Assembly (NCBI GenBank): GCA_040389805.1
Contig: JAZJZP010000326.1
Span: 14,298-47,712, forward strand
Source of the DNA: Pseudomonadota bacterium
GTDB lineage: Bacteria > Pseudomonadota > Gammaproteobacteria > Burkholderiales > Burkholderiaceae_C
Reading direction: 5' to 3'
Length of the DNA: 33,415 nt
Shown: one piece after another, positions 17,502 through 27,081 of the stretch
How positions within the stretch are numbered: position 1 is the stretch's first letter
Layout: each line of letters opens with the position of its first letter
Made by a program: the position numbers and the translations under genes
The notes under the pieces: generated by a model
Seen by the model: only the letters and a program-made list of their open reading frames with translations
What the model was told of the DNA's origin: nothing
Databases searched by the model: none

Positions 17502-19338
17502 GTTCAGAGACAGCCGCCTGCCCATCCGATTGCTGCAACCGCCACATCTGCGCATAGCGCCTGTTGGCGGCCAGCAAATGGGCATGCGTGCCGCGCTCGA
17601 TGATGCGACCGGCATCCATCACCAAGATTTCGTGGGCATGCACGATGGTGGACAAACGGTGCGCAATGATCAGCACCGTCTTGCCCTGGGCCACGGCCGC
17701 CAGCTCGGTCTGAATGGCGCGCTCATTGGCCGAGTCGAGTGCCGAGGTGGCTTCGTCGAACACCAGAATCGGCGGGTCTTTGAGCAAGGTCCGGGCAATG
17801 GCCACACGCTGCTTCTCGCCGCCCGACAGCTTCAGGCCGCGCTCTCCCACCACCGTCTCATACCCCTTGGGGCTGCTGACGATGAAGTCGTGGATGCGCG
17901 CCGACCGGGCCACCGCCTCGACCTCGTCCCTGGTGGCCTCTGGCCTGCCATAAGCGATGTTGTAAGCCACGCTGTCGTTGAACAGCACGGTGTCTTGCGG
18001 CACGATGCCGATGCTGCGGCGCAGGCTGTCTTGCGTCAGACCCCGGATGTCATGGCCATTGACGGTGATGCGGCCACTGCCCGGATGCACGTCGTAGAAA
18101 CGGTACAGCAAGCGCGCCAGCGTCGACTTGCCCGAACCCGAGGGCCCGACCACCGCCACCGTCTGCCCCGCCGGGATCTCAAAACTCACGTCATGCAAGA
18201 TGACGCGGGATGGCTCGTACGCAAACTGCACATGGTCAAAGCGCACCGACGGCGGCCCCTTGAGCAGCAAAGGTTTGGCATCGTGTGCATCGGCAATCTC
18301 GCGCTCACGCTCCATCAGCGTGAACATCTTGTCCAGGTCGATCAGGGATTGCTTGATCTCGCGGTAGATCACGCCCAGAAAGTTCAGCGGGATGTAGAGC
18401 TGGATCATGAAGGCATTGACCATGACCAGATCGCCCACCGTCATGCGCCCGGCCACCACGCCTTCGGTGGCGCGCCACAGCATCACGATCAAGCCCACGG
18501 CGATGATGGACTGCTGACCGGCGTTGAGCAAAGACAGGCTGCGCTGGGACTTGACCGCCACCTTGCGCAGGCGGTCCAGGCTCTCGTCGTAGCGGCGCGT
18601 TTCAAAGGCTTCGTTGTTGAAGTACTTGACCGTCTCGTAGTTGAGCAGCGAGTCGATGGCGCGGGTGTGCGCTTTGGAGTCGAGCTCGTTCATCTCGCGC
18701 CGAAAGCGCGTGCGCCAATGGGTCACGGTGACCGTGAAGGTGACATACACCACCAAGGCCGTCAGCGTGATCCAGGCAAAGGCCACGTCGAACTTGGTCG
18801 CCAGCAAGGTCAGCACCAGCGTGACTTCAATCAGCGTCGGGATGATGCTGTAGAGCGAGTACGAGATCAGCGAATGCACGGCACGTGTACCGCGCTCGAT
18901 GTCGCGGGTCATGCCGCCGGTCTGGCGCTCCAGGTGAAAGCGCAGGCTCAGGGCATGCAAATGGGCAAACACCTGCAAGGAAATGCGCCGTGCTGCACCC
19001 TCGGTGGCTTTGGCAAACACCAGCTCGCGCAACTCGGTGAACAAGGAGGTCGACAGACGCAGCAGCCCATACGCCACCAGCAGCCCCAAAGGCACCACCA
19101 GCATCGCCTGGACGCTGTTGGCCTTGGGCGCCAACTGGTCGATCAGCTGCTTGAGCAGCAGCGGCACCCCCACATTGGCCATTTTGGCGCCGACCATGAA
19201 GGCCAGGGCCAACAGCACCCGAACCTTGTAATCCCACAGGTAGGGCCACAGCCTGAGCAGCGTGTCTTTATCAGAACGCCGTTTATCTGTGCCGGAAGTC
19301 GGGTTTTCGTGAGCAGTGGCGTGTGAAGAGGGGCGCAT
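17491..19338 (-). CDS. Atm1/ABCB7-type ABC exporter, fused TMD and NBD
   Basis: RFHLERQTGG, DSLLNYETVKYF, QLYIPLNFLG, GPSGSGKS, LSGGEKQR and FDEATSALD motifs. Confidence 0.93.
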   Translation of the reverse strand: MRPSSHATAHENPTSGTDKRRSDKDTLLRLWPYLWDYKVRVLLALAFMVGAKMANVGVPLLLKQLIDQLAPKANSVQAMLVVPLGLLVAYGLLRLSTSLFTELRELVFAKATEGAARRISLQVFAHLHALSLRFHLERQTGGMTRDIERGTRAVHSLISYSLYSIIPTLIEVTLVLTLLATKFDVAFAWITLTALVVYVTFTVTVTHWRTRFRREMNELDSKAHTRAIDSLLNYETVKYFNNEAFETRRYDESLDRLRKVAVKSQRSLSLLNAGQQSIIAVGLIVMLWRATEGVVAGRMTVGDLVMVNAFMIQLYIPLNFLGVIYREIKQSLIDLDKMFTLMEREREIADAHDAKPLLLKGPPSVRFDHVQFAYEPSRVILHDVSFEIPAGQTVAVVGPSGSGKSTLARLLYRFYDVHPGSGRITVNGHDIRGLTQDSLRRSIGIVPQDTVLFNDSVAYNIAYGRPEATRDEVEAVARSARIHDFIVSSPKGYETVVGERGLKLSGGEKQRVAIARTLLKDPPILVFDEATSALDSANERAIQTELAAVAQGKTVLIIAHRLSTIVHAHEILVMDAGRIIERGTHAHLLAANRRYAQMWRLQQSDGQAAVSELTN

Positions 19339-19390
19339 TCTGGAACAATCGTTTCTACTTGGCTATTGTCGATTGTCGACCTGATTGCAA

Positions 19391-19813
19391 ATGACTGCTC
19401 CCGTGCCCCGCAATACCTTTTTGATCCCTCCCGATCTGGCCCCTGACATGGAGCTGGTCATGCGGGTCATGCCCATGCCGCGAGACTCCAACGGCAATGG
19501 CGATGTGTTTGGCGGCTGGATCATGTCGCAGGTCGACTTGGCCGGTTGCGTGGTGCCTGCGCGCATCGCCAAAGGTCGCATCGTCACCGTGGCCGTCAAA
19601 GAGTTTTTCTTCCGTTCGGCCGTCTCGGTGGGCGATTTGCTGTCCTTTTATGCCCGCGTCGACCGCATCGGCACCACCTCGGTCACCATGCATGTCGAGG
19701 TCTGGGCCGAGCGCCGCCCCTCCGACCCGATCCTGGTCAAGGTCACCGAGGCCAACGTCACCTACGTCGCCATCGACGACGAGGGCCGCCCCCGGCCCAT
19801 CCCGAAAGAGTAA
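19391..19813 (+). CDS. Hotdog-fold acyl-CoA thioesterase (YciA-like)
   Basis: DSNGNGDVFGGWIMSQVD, VTVAV, IGTTS and YVAID motifs. Confidence 0.9.
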   Translation: MTAPVPRNTFLIPPDLAPDMELVMRVMPMPRDSNGNGDVFGGWIMSQVDLAGCVVPARIAKGRIVTVAVKEFFFRSAVSVGDLLSFYARVDRIGTTSVTMHVEVWAERRPSDPILVKVTEANVTYVAIDDEGRPRPIPKE

Positions 19814-19838
19814 TTTCATCCCTTGCAGGAGTCTGTGC

Positions 19839-20351
19839 ATGTCCATTCGTCGCTCGCCTCGCCCCGATTCAAAAGCCGCCCCCTTGCCCAACCAGCGCCT
19901 GCTGCGCACCACCGGTTGGCTGGTGGGTTTAGCCCTGCTGGTGGGCGGACTGACCGTAGGTCTGCGCGCCCACGCGACCACGTCAAACGCCTCCGCGGCC
20001 AGCAGCACCGCAGCCAAGTGCACCACCTGCGGTGTGGTCACGGCCGTTGAAGCGCACAAGGTCAAGGGCAAAGGCTCCGGCGTCGGCGTGGTCGGCGGTG
20101 CCGTGCTGGGGGGGTTGCTGGGCAACCAGCTCGGCAAAGGCACCGGCAACACCTTGGCAACCGTCGGCGGCGCCGTGGCCGGGGGCTATGCGGGCAATGA
20201 GGTTGAAAAGAACGTCAACCAGCACACCGTGTACAAGACCACCGTGAAGATGGACGATGGCAGCACCCGCCAGCTCACCGTCTCGCACGCTTATGCGATC
20301 GGCGCCAAGGTGAGCGTCAACGGCACCAAGCTCAAGCTGCAAACCCCTTGA
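19839..20351 (+). CDS. Glycine zipper 2TM domain protein
   Basis: N-terminal TM, CxxCG, then GVVGGAVLGGLLGNQLGKGTGNTLATVGGAVAGGYAGN; AGGAG RBS. Confidence 0.85.
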   Translation: MSIRRSPRPDSKAAPLPNQRLLRTTGWLVGLALLVGGLTVGLRAHATTSNASAASSTAAKCTTCGVVTAVEAHKVKGKGSGVGVVGGAVLGGLLGNQLGKGTGNTLATVGGAVAGGYAGNEVEKNVNQHTVYKTTVKMDDGSTRQLTVSHAYAIGAKVSVNGTKLKLQTP

Positions 20352-20386
20352 AGCGCCGGTGGGGTGCCAACGCCCCGTCTGCCGGG

Positions 20387-21430
20387 TTAGGGCCTGACCG
20401 CCTGGGCATGAACCCAGGCCTGGCGAATCAAGCGCCCACACATCACGGACTCGATCGCCGGTTGGTCCATCGGATCTTTGGACATCAAGCCATGGCGGTC
20501 GTGACGCACCACCAAGCCGTACCACTGACGGTCAGCGCTGACCCAGGGGTAAAAGCCGAACAGGCCCGGACTGCTGAAGGCACCATCGCCCAACACCGGG
20601 TCGTCTTCCACCCAATGGCCGATGGAGTAATGCCACGTTTCGGTCGCGGGGATGGGCGTGTGCAGGGCCTCGCCTTTCGGGCAGGTGCCCGGATTGGCAC
20701 ACACCGCATGGGCTCCCAGTAGCTTGGACAGCTTCAGATCGCCTCGCAGCAAAGCCTGCAGAAACTCAGCGTAGTCGGCAGCACTGCTCAAGCCACCGCC
20801 GGCGGGCTGCGCTTGACCAAAGCCCAGTGCCATGTCGCTCCTCAACGCGGGCCGCAAGCCCTTGCGAATCTCTTCCCCCAGGCCCAGCCCATCCAGACCA
20901 CCCAAGCCCATCAAGCGCGCGTGCTCCTGCAGGTGCCCGCCATTGTAGAAAAATGCCCCCTCGGTCGAGGCGTCCAGCCGACCTCGGCCATTGATCAAGG
21001 CCTCACGGCATTGCTCCACCGTCTGCCCATCCCGGCAAAATCGAAACCGTGTGTAGCCACTGCGAAAGGTCAGCAATCGGACATCCGCCTCGGTGAGCTG
21101 GCCACTCCGCCGCTCGGCCACGTAGGCGCCATACAACCATTTGCTGGCCGACGCGATGGGCAGACTACTGCGCCGCCTGGGTGCCCCCTCACCCACCGCC
21201 CCCGAAGCCAGCATGGCATGGGGGCCACCCAACTCCCAATAGAACGGCCGCGCCTGAGCACAGGCATTGCCCTCACTTTGCGCCGTGGCCTGGGCCGCGT
21301 GCTGACGCTCCAACAGCGATGGCGAAGCGGTCGGCGGCGCCGCCTGCGCACGACCGCCCCCCACCAGCCAGCAGAGCCCAAGAAGTATTGACAAGCCCTG
21401 CACCAGCAGAGCCCCGGGTGTTTTGATCAT
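20387..21430 (-). CDS. Secreted beta-lactamase/transpeptidase-fold serine hydrolase
   Basis: Signal peptide; IASASKW (SxxK), LLTFRSG, FFYNGG and SSPGLFGFYPW motifs. Confidence 0.7.
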   Translation of the reverse strand: MIKTPGALLVQGLSILLGLCWLVGGGRAQAAPPTASPSLLERQHAAQATAQSEGNACAQARPFYWELGGPHAMLASGAVGEGAPRRRSSLPIASASKWLYGAYVAERRSGQLTEADVRLLTFRSGYTRFRFCRDGQTVEQCREALINGRGRLDASTEGAFFYNGGHLQEHARLMGLGGLDGLGLGEEIRKGLRPALRSDMALGFGQAQPAGGGLSSAADYAEFLQALLRGDLKLSKLLGAHAVCANPGTCPKGEALHTPIPATETWHYSIGHWVEDDPVLGDGAFSSPGLFGFYPWVSADRQWYGLVVRHDRHGLMSKDPMDQPAIESVMCGRLIRQAWVHAQAVRP

Positions 21431-21488
21431 GCGCCACTCCTGTCCATGACAGCAGGCAGGATAGCGGGTTCATGAGACGATCTCACCC

Positions 21489-22253
21489 ATGCACGCGCTC
21501 CACCCCCAATCCATTGCACACACACCTGAGGCCTTGCGCGCTGACGGCTGGTCGGTGATCTCTGCCACAGACATGAAGACTTGGCTGCACGCCAGCGACG
21601 CCGACCTGTCTGCCTTGCAAGCCACCTGGAACGACCTGCCCGCCGACAACCATCTGCGCGATGGCGGGCACTACCGGTTTCGCCGCCACAGCTGTTTTGT
21701 GGTGGACGTGCCGACGGGCCAGACCCACCAGGCGCCCCACCGTGCGCACTGGCAGCCGGTGATCTACAACGCCTTGCATGGCGGCATTAAGCGTCATTTC
21801 GAGCCCATCGTGGCGGCCGTCACCGAGCACCCGCTCTGGAGTGCCCTGCTGACCCAGTTGGGGCACTTGTTGGCCCAGGCCAAGCCCGTAGAGCGCTGGT
21901 TTGTCGAAGCGCACCAGTTTCGTGTCGACACCACCGGCGGCATTGGCCGCCCCACGCCCGAAGGCGCGCACCGCGATGGGGTCGACTTCGTCGCGGTGAT
22001 CATGCTGGGTCGCCAGGGCATCAAAGGGGGCGAGACCCGGGTGTTCGAAGCCGACGGACCCAACGGAGTGCGCTTCACTCTGCAAGACCCCTGGTGCACC
22101 CTGCTGCTGGACGACGAACGCGTCATCCACGAGTCCACCCCGATCCAACCACTGGAGGATTACGGCTGGCGCGACACCTTGGTGCTGACCTTCCGCTCGG
22201 GTGGTTTTCAGGGTCCGCCCGAACCCGCCACCAGCGTGAAGGCCCCTGAATGA
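21489..22253 (+). CDS. 2OG-Fe(II) dioxygenase family protein
   Basis: PTPEGAHRDG (HxD), IHESTPI (distal His) and RDTLVLTF (2OG-binding Arg). Confidence 0.85.
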   Translation: MHALHPQSIAHTPEALRADGWSVISATDMKTWLHASDADLSALQATWNDLPADNHLRDGGHYRFRRHSCFVVDVPTGQTHQAPHRAHWQPVIYNALHGGIKRHFEPIVAAVTEHPLWSALLTQLGHLLAQAKPVERWFVEAHQFRVDTTGGIGRPTPEGAHRDGVDFVAVIMLGRQGIKGGETRVFEADGPNGVRFTLQDPWCTLLLDDERVIHESTPIQPLEDYGWRDTLVLTFRSGGFQGPPEPATSVKAPE

Positions 22254-22615
22254 GCCGCGCGCCCCTCCATCGACTGGTGCCGCACACCGTGATGCTGCTC
22301 CACCTCTTGTTCGTCTTGTTCGTGGTCGCGGGGGCCGGTTTGATCTTCGTCTGGCCCAGCATCGCCTGGGTCCATATCCCCGCGGTCTTGTGGGGCGCCT
22401 ATGTCGAGTTTGCCAACAAGGCCTGCCCCCTGACCCAGATTGAAAACCGACTGCGCCGACGCGCCGGGCAAGCCACCTACTCAGACGGATTCATCAGCCA
22501 CTACGTGTTCCCCGTGCTGTGCCCAACGGAATTGACGGCCCGCGCCAAAAAATTCGTGGGCCTGGTGGTCATGCTGAACAATGTGCTGCTGTATGGCTGG
22601 TGGAGCCTGCGTTAA
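22250..22615 (+). CDS. DUF2784-like membrane protein
   Basis: LHLLFVLFVV...HIPAVLWG...CPLTQIENRLR...GFISHY pattern; ATGA overlap with the upstream gene. Confidence 0.8.
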   Translation: MSRAPLHRLVPHTVMLLHLLFVLFVVAGAGLIFVWPSIAWVHIPAVLWGAYVEFANKACPLTQIENRLRRRAGQATYSDGFISHYVFPVLCPTELTARAKKFVGLVVMLNNVLLYGWWSLR

Positions 22616-24657
22616 GGTCGCCGACCAGCACAGGTCCGACGCCAACCGGCACCCACCGCCCCCAAGGTCAGCAGCCACCACAGCGTGTCCGTTTCCAGTG
22701 CGCCACCGCCGCCACCACCGCTACTAGCGGGGACCGGCGCCGCAGCCACCTCGATGGTTTGAATGGTGAAATTAGACGTCGCTGCACCGGTGTCATCCTG
22801 CACCGTCAACCGCACCTTGAACGTCCCGGCGGCCGAGGGCGTCGCCGAGACTTGGGATGAACTGGGGTCACCCGTGAGCGCGCTGACGATGCCGCCGCCA
22901 TCTTCCAGAACCCACGCGTAAGACACGGTGGTCCCCGCCGGACTGGCAACCGAAGCCGTGCCACTCAACGTAATGGCGCCCCCCACCACGGCTTGGGCGG
23001 GCGTGACCGTGATGACCGGCACCGCCTTGGCCATGACGGCGGCCATCGCCAGCCCCGCATCCAGCATACCCGCACCGCAGGTCGAGGTGGTGCAATAGCA
23101 CTCGGCTTGCGTCAGCGTGCTCGACGGGGCCTGGCACTGCCCAATGCCACTGGTGCCACCACTCGCCGGGAAGGGCCGGGCCGTGCTCAGCAGAAGTTGC
23201 CGCACCGCCGCGGGCTGCAGCGTGGGCCGCTGCGCCAGGATCAAGGCGGCAGTGGCACTCACCAAGGGCGCTGAAAAACTGGTGCCCAATGATGCATTGC
23301 TCAACCCACCGGTATAGATGGAGCCCCCATCGGCATGCAAGACCGGCGTCGTCGCCCCCGAGTTGCTGGTGGTCATGATGGGGTACAGGCACAGGCTGCC
23401 TGTGTTGGTGTTGACGCAATTGCCCCCCGGCGCACTGATGGCCACTTCAGGGCCCAGGGCCGAAAAACCCACCTTGCTGCCGACGTGGCGCAGCCCCGCC
23501 ACCGCGATCACGCCCGGGCAATTGCCGGGTGACTCAACGGCCTGCCCGTCATTGTTGCCGGCCGACGCGACCACCACCGCCCCCAGTCCGTTGACCGTGG
23601 CGACCGCATCCCGATAGGCGGCCGAACACGCACCGCTGGCGCCCAGACTGAGGTTGATGACCTGCGCCGGGTTGAGATTGGTGGGGACCCCGGTGACGGG
23701 CTGCCCGACGGCCCAAAGCATGCCCGCGATGATGTCCGAGTCGTAGCCGCCGCACTTGCCCATCACCCGCACCGGCAAGATTTTGGCCCCCCACGCCAGG
23801 CCGGCCACGCCCATCGCATTGTCGGTCTGGGCACCGATGATGCCCGCGACCTGCGTGCCATGCCATGTGCTGGTCGCACGCACCGAACAACCGCTGTAGA
23901 CAGACGAGTTGGCGCTGATTTCACCGGAGCTCAAGGCATCACCCAAGTCAGAGGGATCGGCGCTGCGCCCCGTGCCGTTGCCAGCTCGCGTGGCATCGCT
24001 GATCATGTTGTAGCCAGGCAAAAACTTGCCGGCCAAATCTTCGTGGTCCAAGCGCACGCCCGTGTCCACGACGGCCACCACGACAGGATGGCTGTTGTCG
24101 ACCCGGATGCCGCGACTGAGCACGTCCCACGCCGACACCGCGTTGACCGCTGCGACAAACAGATCAGTGCTCGGCGACGAAGCCTGCGTGGTGGGGGACT
24201 GCAAGTACCACTGCCCGTCGGGCGGGGATGGACTGGTTTGACCCGCCGGGAACAAGGGATCATTGGGCGTGGTTGACGACACTTGGCGCAACTGGTCCAC
24301 CACCGCATATTCCACATCGGGCTGCGCGGCCAGACGGGCAGCCAGTTGCTCGGAGCGCACCCCGCGCGCCATGGCCACGTGCACACCGCGGCCAATCGTG
24401 CGCTGATATTCCACCGGCAACCCCAAGCGCGTCCCCAGTGTGTGGACACGATCTCGGTAGGATCTCACCTCGGACGAACTCACCGCCGCAACCTGCGCCT
24501 GTCCTGCCCCTTGCGCCACCACGCTAGCGCGCAGCTTCACGATGACCCGCGCGGTGGGCGGCTCGGTGCTCTGTGCTTGTCCCAGCGTCATCCCCATCAG
24601 CAAGGACAAGCCCGCTGCCAGTTGACGCACCACACCCCAACCTGAAAATTTGGACAT
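22612..24657 (-). CDS. Secreted S8 subtilase (MprA-like) with PKD-like domain and GlyGly-CTERM tail
   Basis: Triad VAVVDTG / WHGTQVAG / GTSFSAP; oxyanion SAGN; signal peptide and propeptide; C-terminal SSGGGGGGAL...WWLLTLGAVGAGWRR. Confidence 0.9.
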   Translation of the reverse strand: MSKFSGWGVVRQLAAGLSLLMGMTLGQAQSTEPPTARVIVKLRASVVAQGAGQAQVAAVSSSEVRSYRDRVHTLGTRLGLPVEYQRTIGRGVHVAMARGVRSEQLAARLAAQPDVEYAVVDQLRQVSSTTPNDPLFPAGQTSPSPPDGQWYLQSPTTQASSPSTDLFVAAVNAVSAWDVLSRGIRVDNSHPVVVAVVDTGVRLDHEDLAGKFLPGYNMISDATRAGNGTGRSADPSDLGDALSSGEISANSSVYSGCSVRATSTWHGTQVAGIIGAQTDNAMGVAGLAWGAKILPVRVMGKCGGYDSDIIAGMLWAVGQPVTGVPTNLNPAQVINLSLGASGACSAAYRDAVATVNGLGAVVVASAGNNDGQAVESPGNCPGVIAVAGLRHVGSKVGFSALGPEVAISAPGGNCVNTNTGSLCLYPIMTTSNSGATTPVLHADGGSIYTGGLSNASLGTSFSAPLVSATAALILAQRPTLQPAAVRQLLLSTARPFPASGGTSGIGQCQAPSSTLTQAECYCTTSTCGAGMLDAGLAMAAVMAKAVPVITVTPAQAVVGGAITLSGTASVASPAGTTVSYAWVLEDGGGIVSALTGDPSSSQVSATPSAAGTFKVRLTVQDDTGAATSNFTIQTIEVAAAPVPASSGGGGGGALETDTLWWLLTLGAVGAGWRRTCAGRRP

Positions 24658-24674
24658 GTACAAGGTCTTGTTCG

Positions 24675-25013
24675 TTAAAGACCCGAAGGCCCGACCACCC
24701 GATCCATCTCGACCGAGCGCAAGGCGGGATCCGATTGAAGCTGCTGGATGATCGCGGCGCAGCCCTGATCCCCAGGACGCTCCACGGTCAGCCCCCACCA
24801 CTGAGGGCCGATGGCCCGCACTGCAATAACGGCCACCATCGACTGGTGCTTGAGGTGTTTCAGCAATGAAGCCTCAGCCCAACCCGCGTCTTGCGTTTTG
24901 ATCAACAATCGGCATGGGGGCAAAGACGGCTGCGCCACGGGCGCAGAACATGCGCTCAGACAGCAACAAACCAGTCCAAAACCGAGCGAATACAGCGTTT
25001 TCAAATGATTCAT
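24675..25013 (-). CDS. Small lipoprotein resembling a subtilase propeptide (I9-like)
   Basis: Lipobox LSAC; RLLIK...QLQSDPALRSVEMDR mirrors the neighbouring protease prodomain; stop is 17 nt before the S8 start. Confidence 0.65.
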   Translation of the reverse strand: MNHLKTLYSLGFGLVCCCLSACSAPVAQPSLPPCRLLIKTQDAGWAEASLLKHLKHQSMVAVIAVRAIGPQWWGLTVERPGDQGCAAIIQQLQSDPALRSVEMDRVVGPSGL

Positions 25014-25341
25014 GAGTGACGACTACCAGATCGAGATCCCGCCCTCCTTCATGGCACTCTACACCGACGCACGACATCGGTTGACGGTTCCCCTGGCCAC
25101 CTTGCGTTCGCAATACGAAATCAGTGAGGATTTGGCAAATCACCTGGTCGATCACTGCCGGGGTATCCACCATGACATTGGCGTGCCGACCGACGAGGTG
25201 CTGGAGCGCTGCCATCGGGGCTTGCAATCACCCGACTCAGGGGTGTCCGGCCCCGAGGCCCTCTGGGTGATCACCCGCCTGGCCGAGTTGCTGGGGTGGC
25301 CGGCGGTTCAGCCAAGCCCCCCGCCTGACTCACAGGTTTGA
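25012..25341 (+). CDS. Conserved hypothetical protein
   Basis: 109 aa, good codon usage; QIEIPPSFMALY...EALWVITRLAELLGW resembles a small Burkholderiales family; no nucleotide-binding motif. Confidence 0.7.
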   Translation: MSDDYQIEIPPSFMALYTDARHRLTVPLATLRSQYEISEDLANHLVDHCRGIHHDIGVPTDEVLERCHRGLQSPDSGVSGPEALWVITRLAELLGWPAVQPSPPPDSQV

Positions 25342-26106
25342 GAAGTCGGGCTTGCGCTTTTGCATCACGGCGCTGATCGCCTCCTTGGCGGCAGGACCAC
25401 GCAGCAGGTTGCCAAAGTGCTTGAGCTCTTCCTTCATCGCACCCGCCAACTGGGTCTGCGGCAGCTTCATGAGGGCTTTGGTCGCGAGCAAGGAGACCGC
25501 TGGTTTGGCCGCCAGTTTTGCCGCCTGCGCCTGGGCATAGCCATTGACCTCGTTGGGAGGCAAGATGCGGTTGACCAGGCCCATGTCCAGCGCCTCTTCT
25601 GCATAGAACGCCTCACCCAGCAACAGCTTTTCAGCCGCACGCGGGTAGCCCACCAGCTGGGGCAGCAACAAGCTGGCACCGGCTTCGGGGCACAGCCCCA
25701 GGTTCACAAAAGGCAAGCTGAACGCGGCGTTGTCGCCCACATAGACCAAATCGCAATGCAGCAGCAAGGTGGTGCCGATACCCACCGCCGGGCCAGCCAC
25801 CGCCGCCAGCAAGGGCTTGGGAAAGACCCGCAAGATGTTGAGGAAACGCACCACCGGCGCAGGTTCGCCCTCGCCGCTGGTGTTGGGCGGGTTGCTCAAG
25901 AAGTCGGCCAGGTCATTGCCTGCCGTGAACACCTCGACCGCGCCTTGAATCACCGCCACGCGAACCGCCTCATCAAACGCGGCCTCTTCCAGGGCCACGG
26001 CCAAGGCGGTGTACATGGCCGTTGTGATGGCGTTTTTCTTGTCCAGTCGGTTGAACGTCAGCGTGAGCACGCCCGCTTCTTTATGGACCAGGATGGCATC
26101 AGACAT
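25330..26106 (-). CDS. Enoyl-CoA hydratase/isomerase (crotonase family)
   Basis: FTAGNDL, PAVGIGTTLLLHCDL and PFVNLGLCPE motifs; AGGAG RBS. Confidence 0.92.
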   Translation of the reverse strand: MSDAILVHKEAGVLTLTFNRLDKKNAITTAMYTALAVALEEAAFDEAVRVAVIQGAVEVFTAGNDLADFLSNPPNTSGEGEPAPVVRFLNILRVFPKPLLAAVAGPAVGIGTTLLLHCDLVYVGDNAAFSLPFVNLGLCPEAGASLLLPQLVGYPRAAEKLLLGEAFYAEEALDMGLVNRILPPNEVNGYAQAQAAKLAAKPAVSLLATKALMKLPQTQLAGAMKEELKHFGNLLRGPAAKEAISAVMQKRKPDFSNL

Positions 26107-26136
26107 GGGAACTCTCCTAAAAATGGGACAAAAAAA

Positions 26137-26982
26137 TCAGGCGTCGATCCACTGCAGGGCCATCGGCCACAGCGTGGACGCCGCTTTGGGTTTGAACAAA
26201 CCAGAGTGGCCCAGGCGCTTGAGGCCAAGCGTCTGGGGGTGGATGGTTTCAAAACGCGTCGGGGCGTTGGGGTAGAGGCGGTAGAGACTGCGGATGCCTT
26301 GCGGGCTGACCAGCTCATCGTCTTCAAGCACGACGGCCGTGATGGGGGTGCGCACTTGCTCGTAGCGCGCGCGCAGATCGGCGCCTTCAGCGCCGACGTA
26401 GTCGGGGTGCAGACACCAACGCCGCCATTGCCACATGACCTGGCGCGGAAAGGTGCCCAGCAGACCCAGGCGGTCGCCCGGAAAATAGCCGCACACCATC
26501 AAGGCCAGTGGCGCAACCAACCACCACAATAGCAGCGCCGAGTAGCGCACCTGAGACGTGCCGTAACGCCAGTAGCCATTGCCACTGGCCACCGTCACCA
26601 TGCGCTCAAACTGGCCGTGGCCGTCCAGCCAGCCAAAAATCTGCCCCCCCAGGCTGTGGCCCAGGTAGGTGCGCGGCACCCCAGGCCAGCGCCGCAGCAA
26701 CTCGGCCAAAACAGCGGGTTGGTCATGCGTGGCCCAGTCCGTGATGCTGGCCTCATAGCCGCGCAACGATGCCGGCGCGGACTCGCCCATGCCACGAAAA
26801 TCGAAGGTCAACACCGCCACGCCCTGCGCTGCCAACCAGGTGGCAAAGGGACGGTAAAACGCCTGCGGGACGCCCATGGCGGGCGACAACAACACGGCGC
26901 GCCTCACCTCGCCCGTAGGCTGGTAGGCATGTGCCACCAAGGTGTTGCCATCCAGGGTCTGCAAATTCAGCGCTTCTTCCAT
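26137..26982 (-). CDS. Alpha/beta hydrolase
   Basis: PAMGV, DFRGMGES, GHSLGG nucleophile elbow and LGH motifs. Confidence 0.88.
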   Translation of the reverse strand: MEEALNLQTLDGNTLVAHAYQPTGEVRRAVLLSPAMGVPQAFYRPFATWLAAQGVAVLTFDFRGMGESAPASLRGYEASITDWATHDQPAVLAELLRRWPGVPRTYLGHSLGGQIFGWLDGHGQFERMVTVASGNGYWRYGTSQVRYSALLLWWLVAPLALMVCGYFPGDRLGLLGTFPRQVMWQWRRWCLHPDYVGAEGADLRARYEQVRTPITAVVLEDDELVSPQGIRSLYRLYPNAPTRFETIHPQTLGLKRLGHSGLFKPKAASTLWPMALQWIDA

Positions 26983-27020
26983 GAACCACCTGCTTCCAAC
27001 CAGACCCACCGGGATGACTC

Positions 27021-27050
27021 AAAAAAAAGCCCGCACGATGGCGGGCTTTT
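27021..27050 (-). terminator. Intrinsic terminator after the thiolase gene, possibly bidirectional
   Basis: AAAAGCCCGC-ACGATG-GCGGGCTTTT hairpin with an 8-T run on the minus strand. Confidence 0.85.
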
Positions 27051-27081
27051 CAGGGAACAGAACGACGCAATCCCGCTGGGA

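Noticed and set aside
17455-19326. 623-aa plus-strand ORF (similar long antisense ORFs at 8562-9815, 13220-14626, 28355-30757 and 31327-32595)
   Set aside because: Stop-poor antisense frames typical of high-GC coding DNA; the opposite strand carries clear family motifs.
25012-25341. Possible ATPase or chaperone label for this small family
   Set aside because: No Walker motifs in 109 aa; left as hypothetical.
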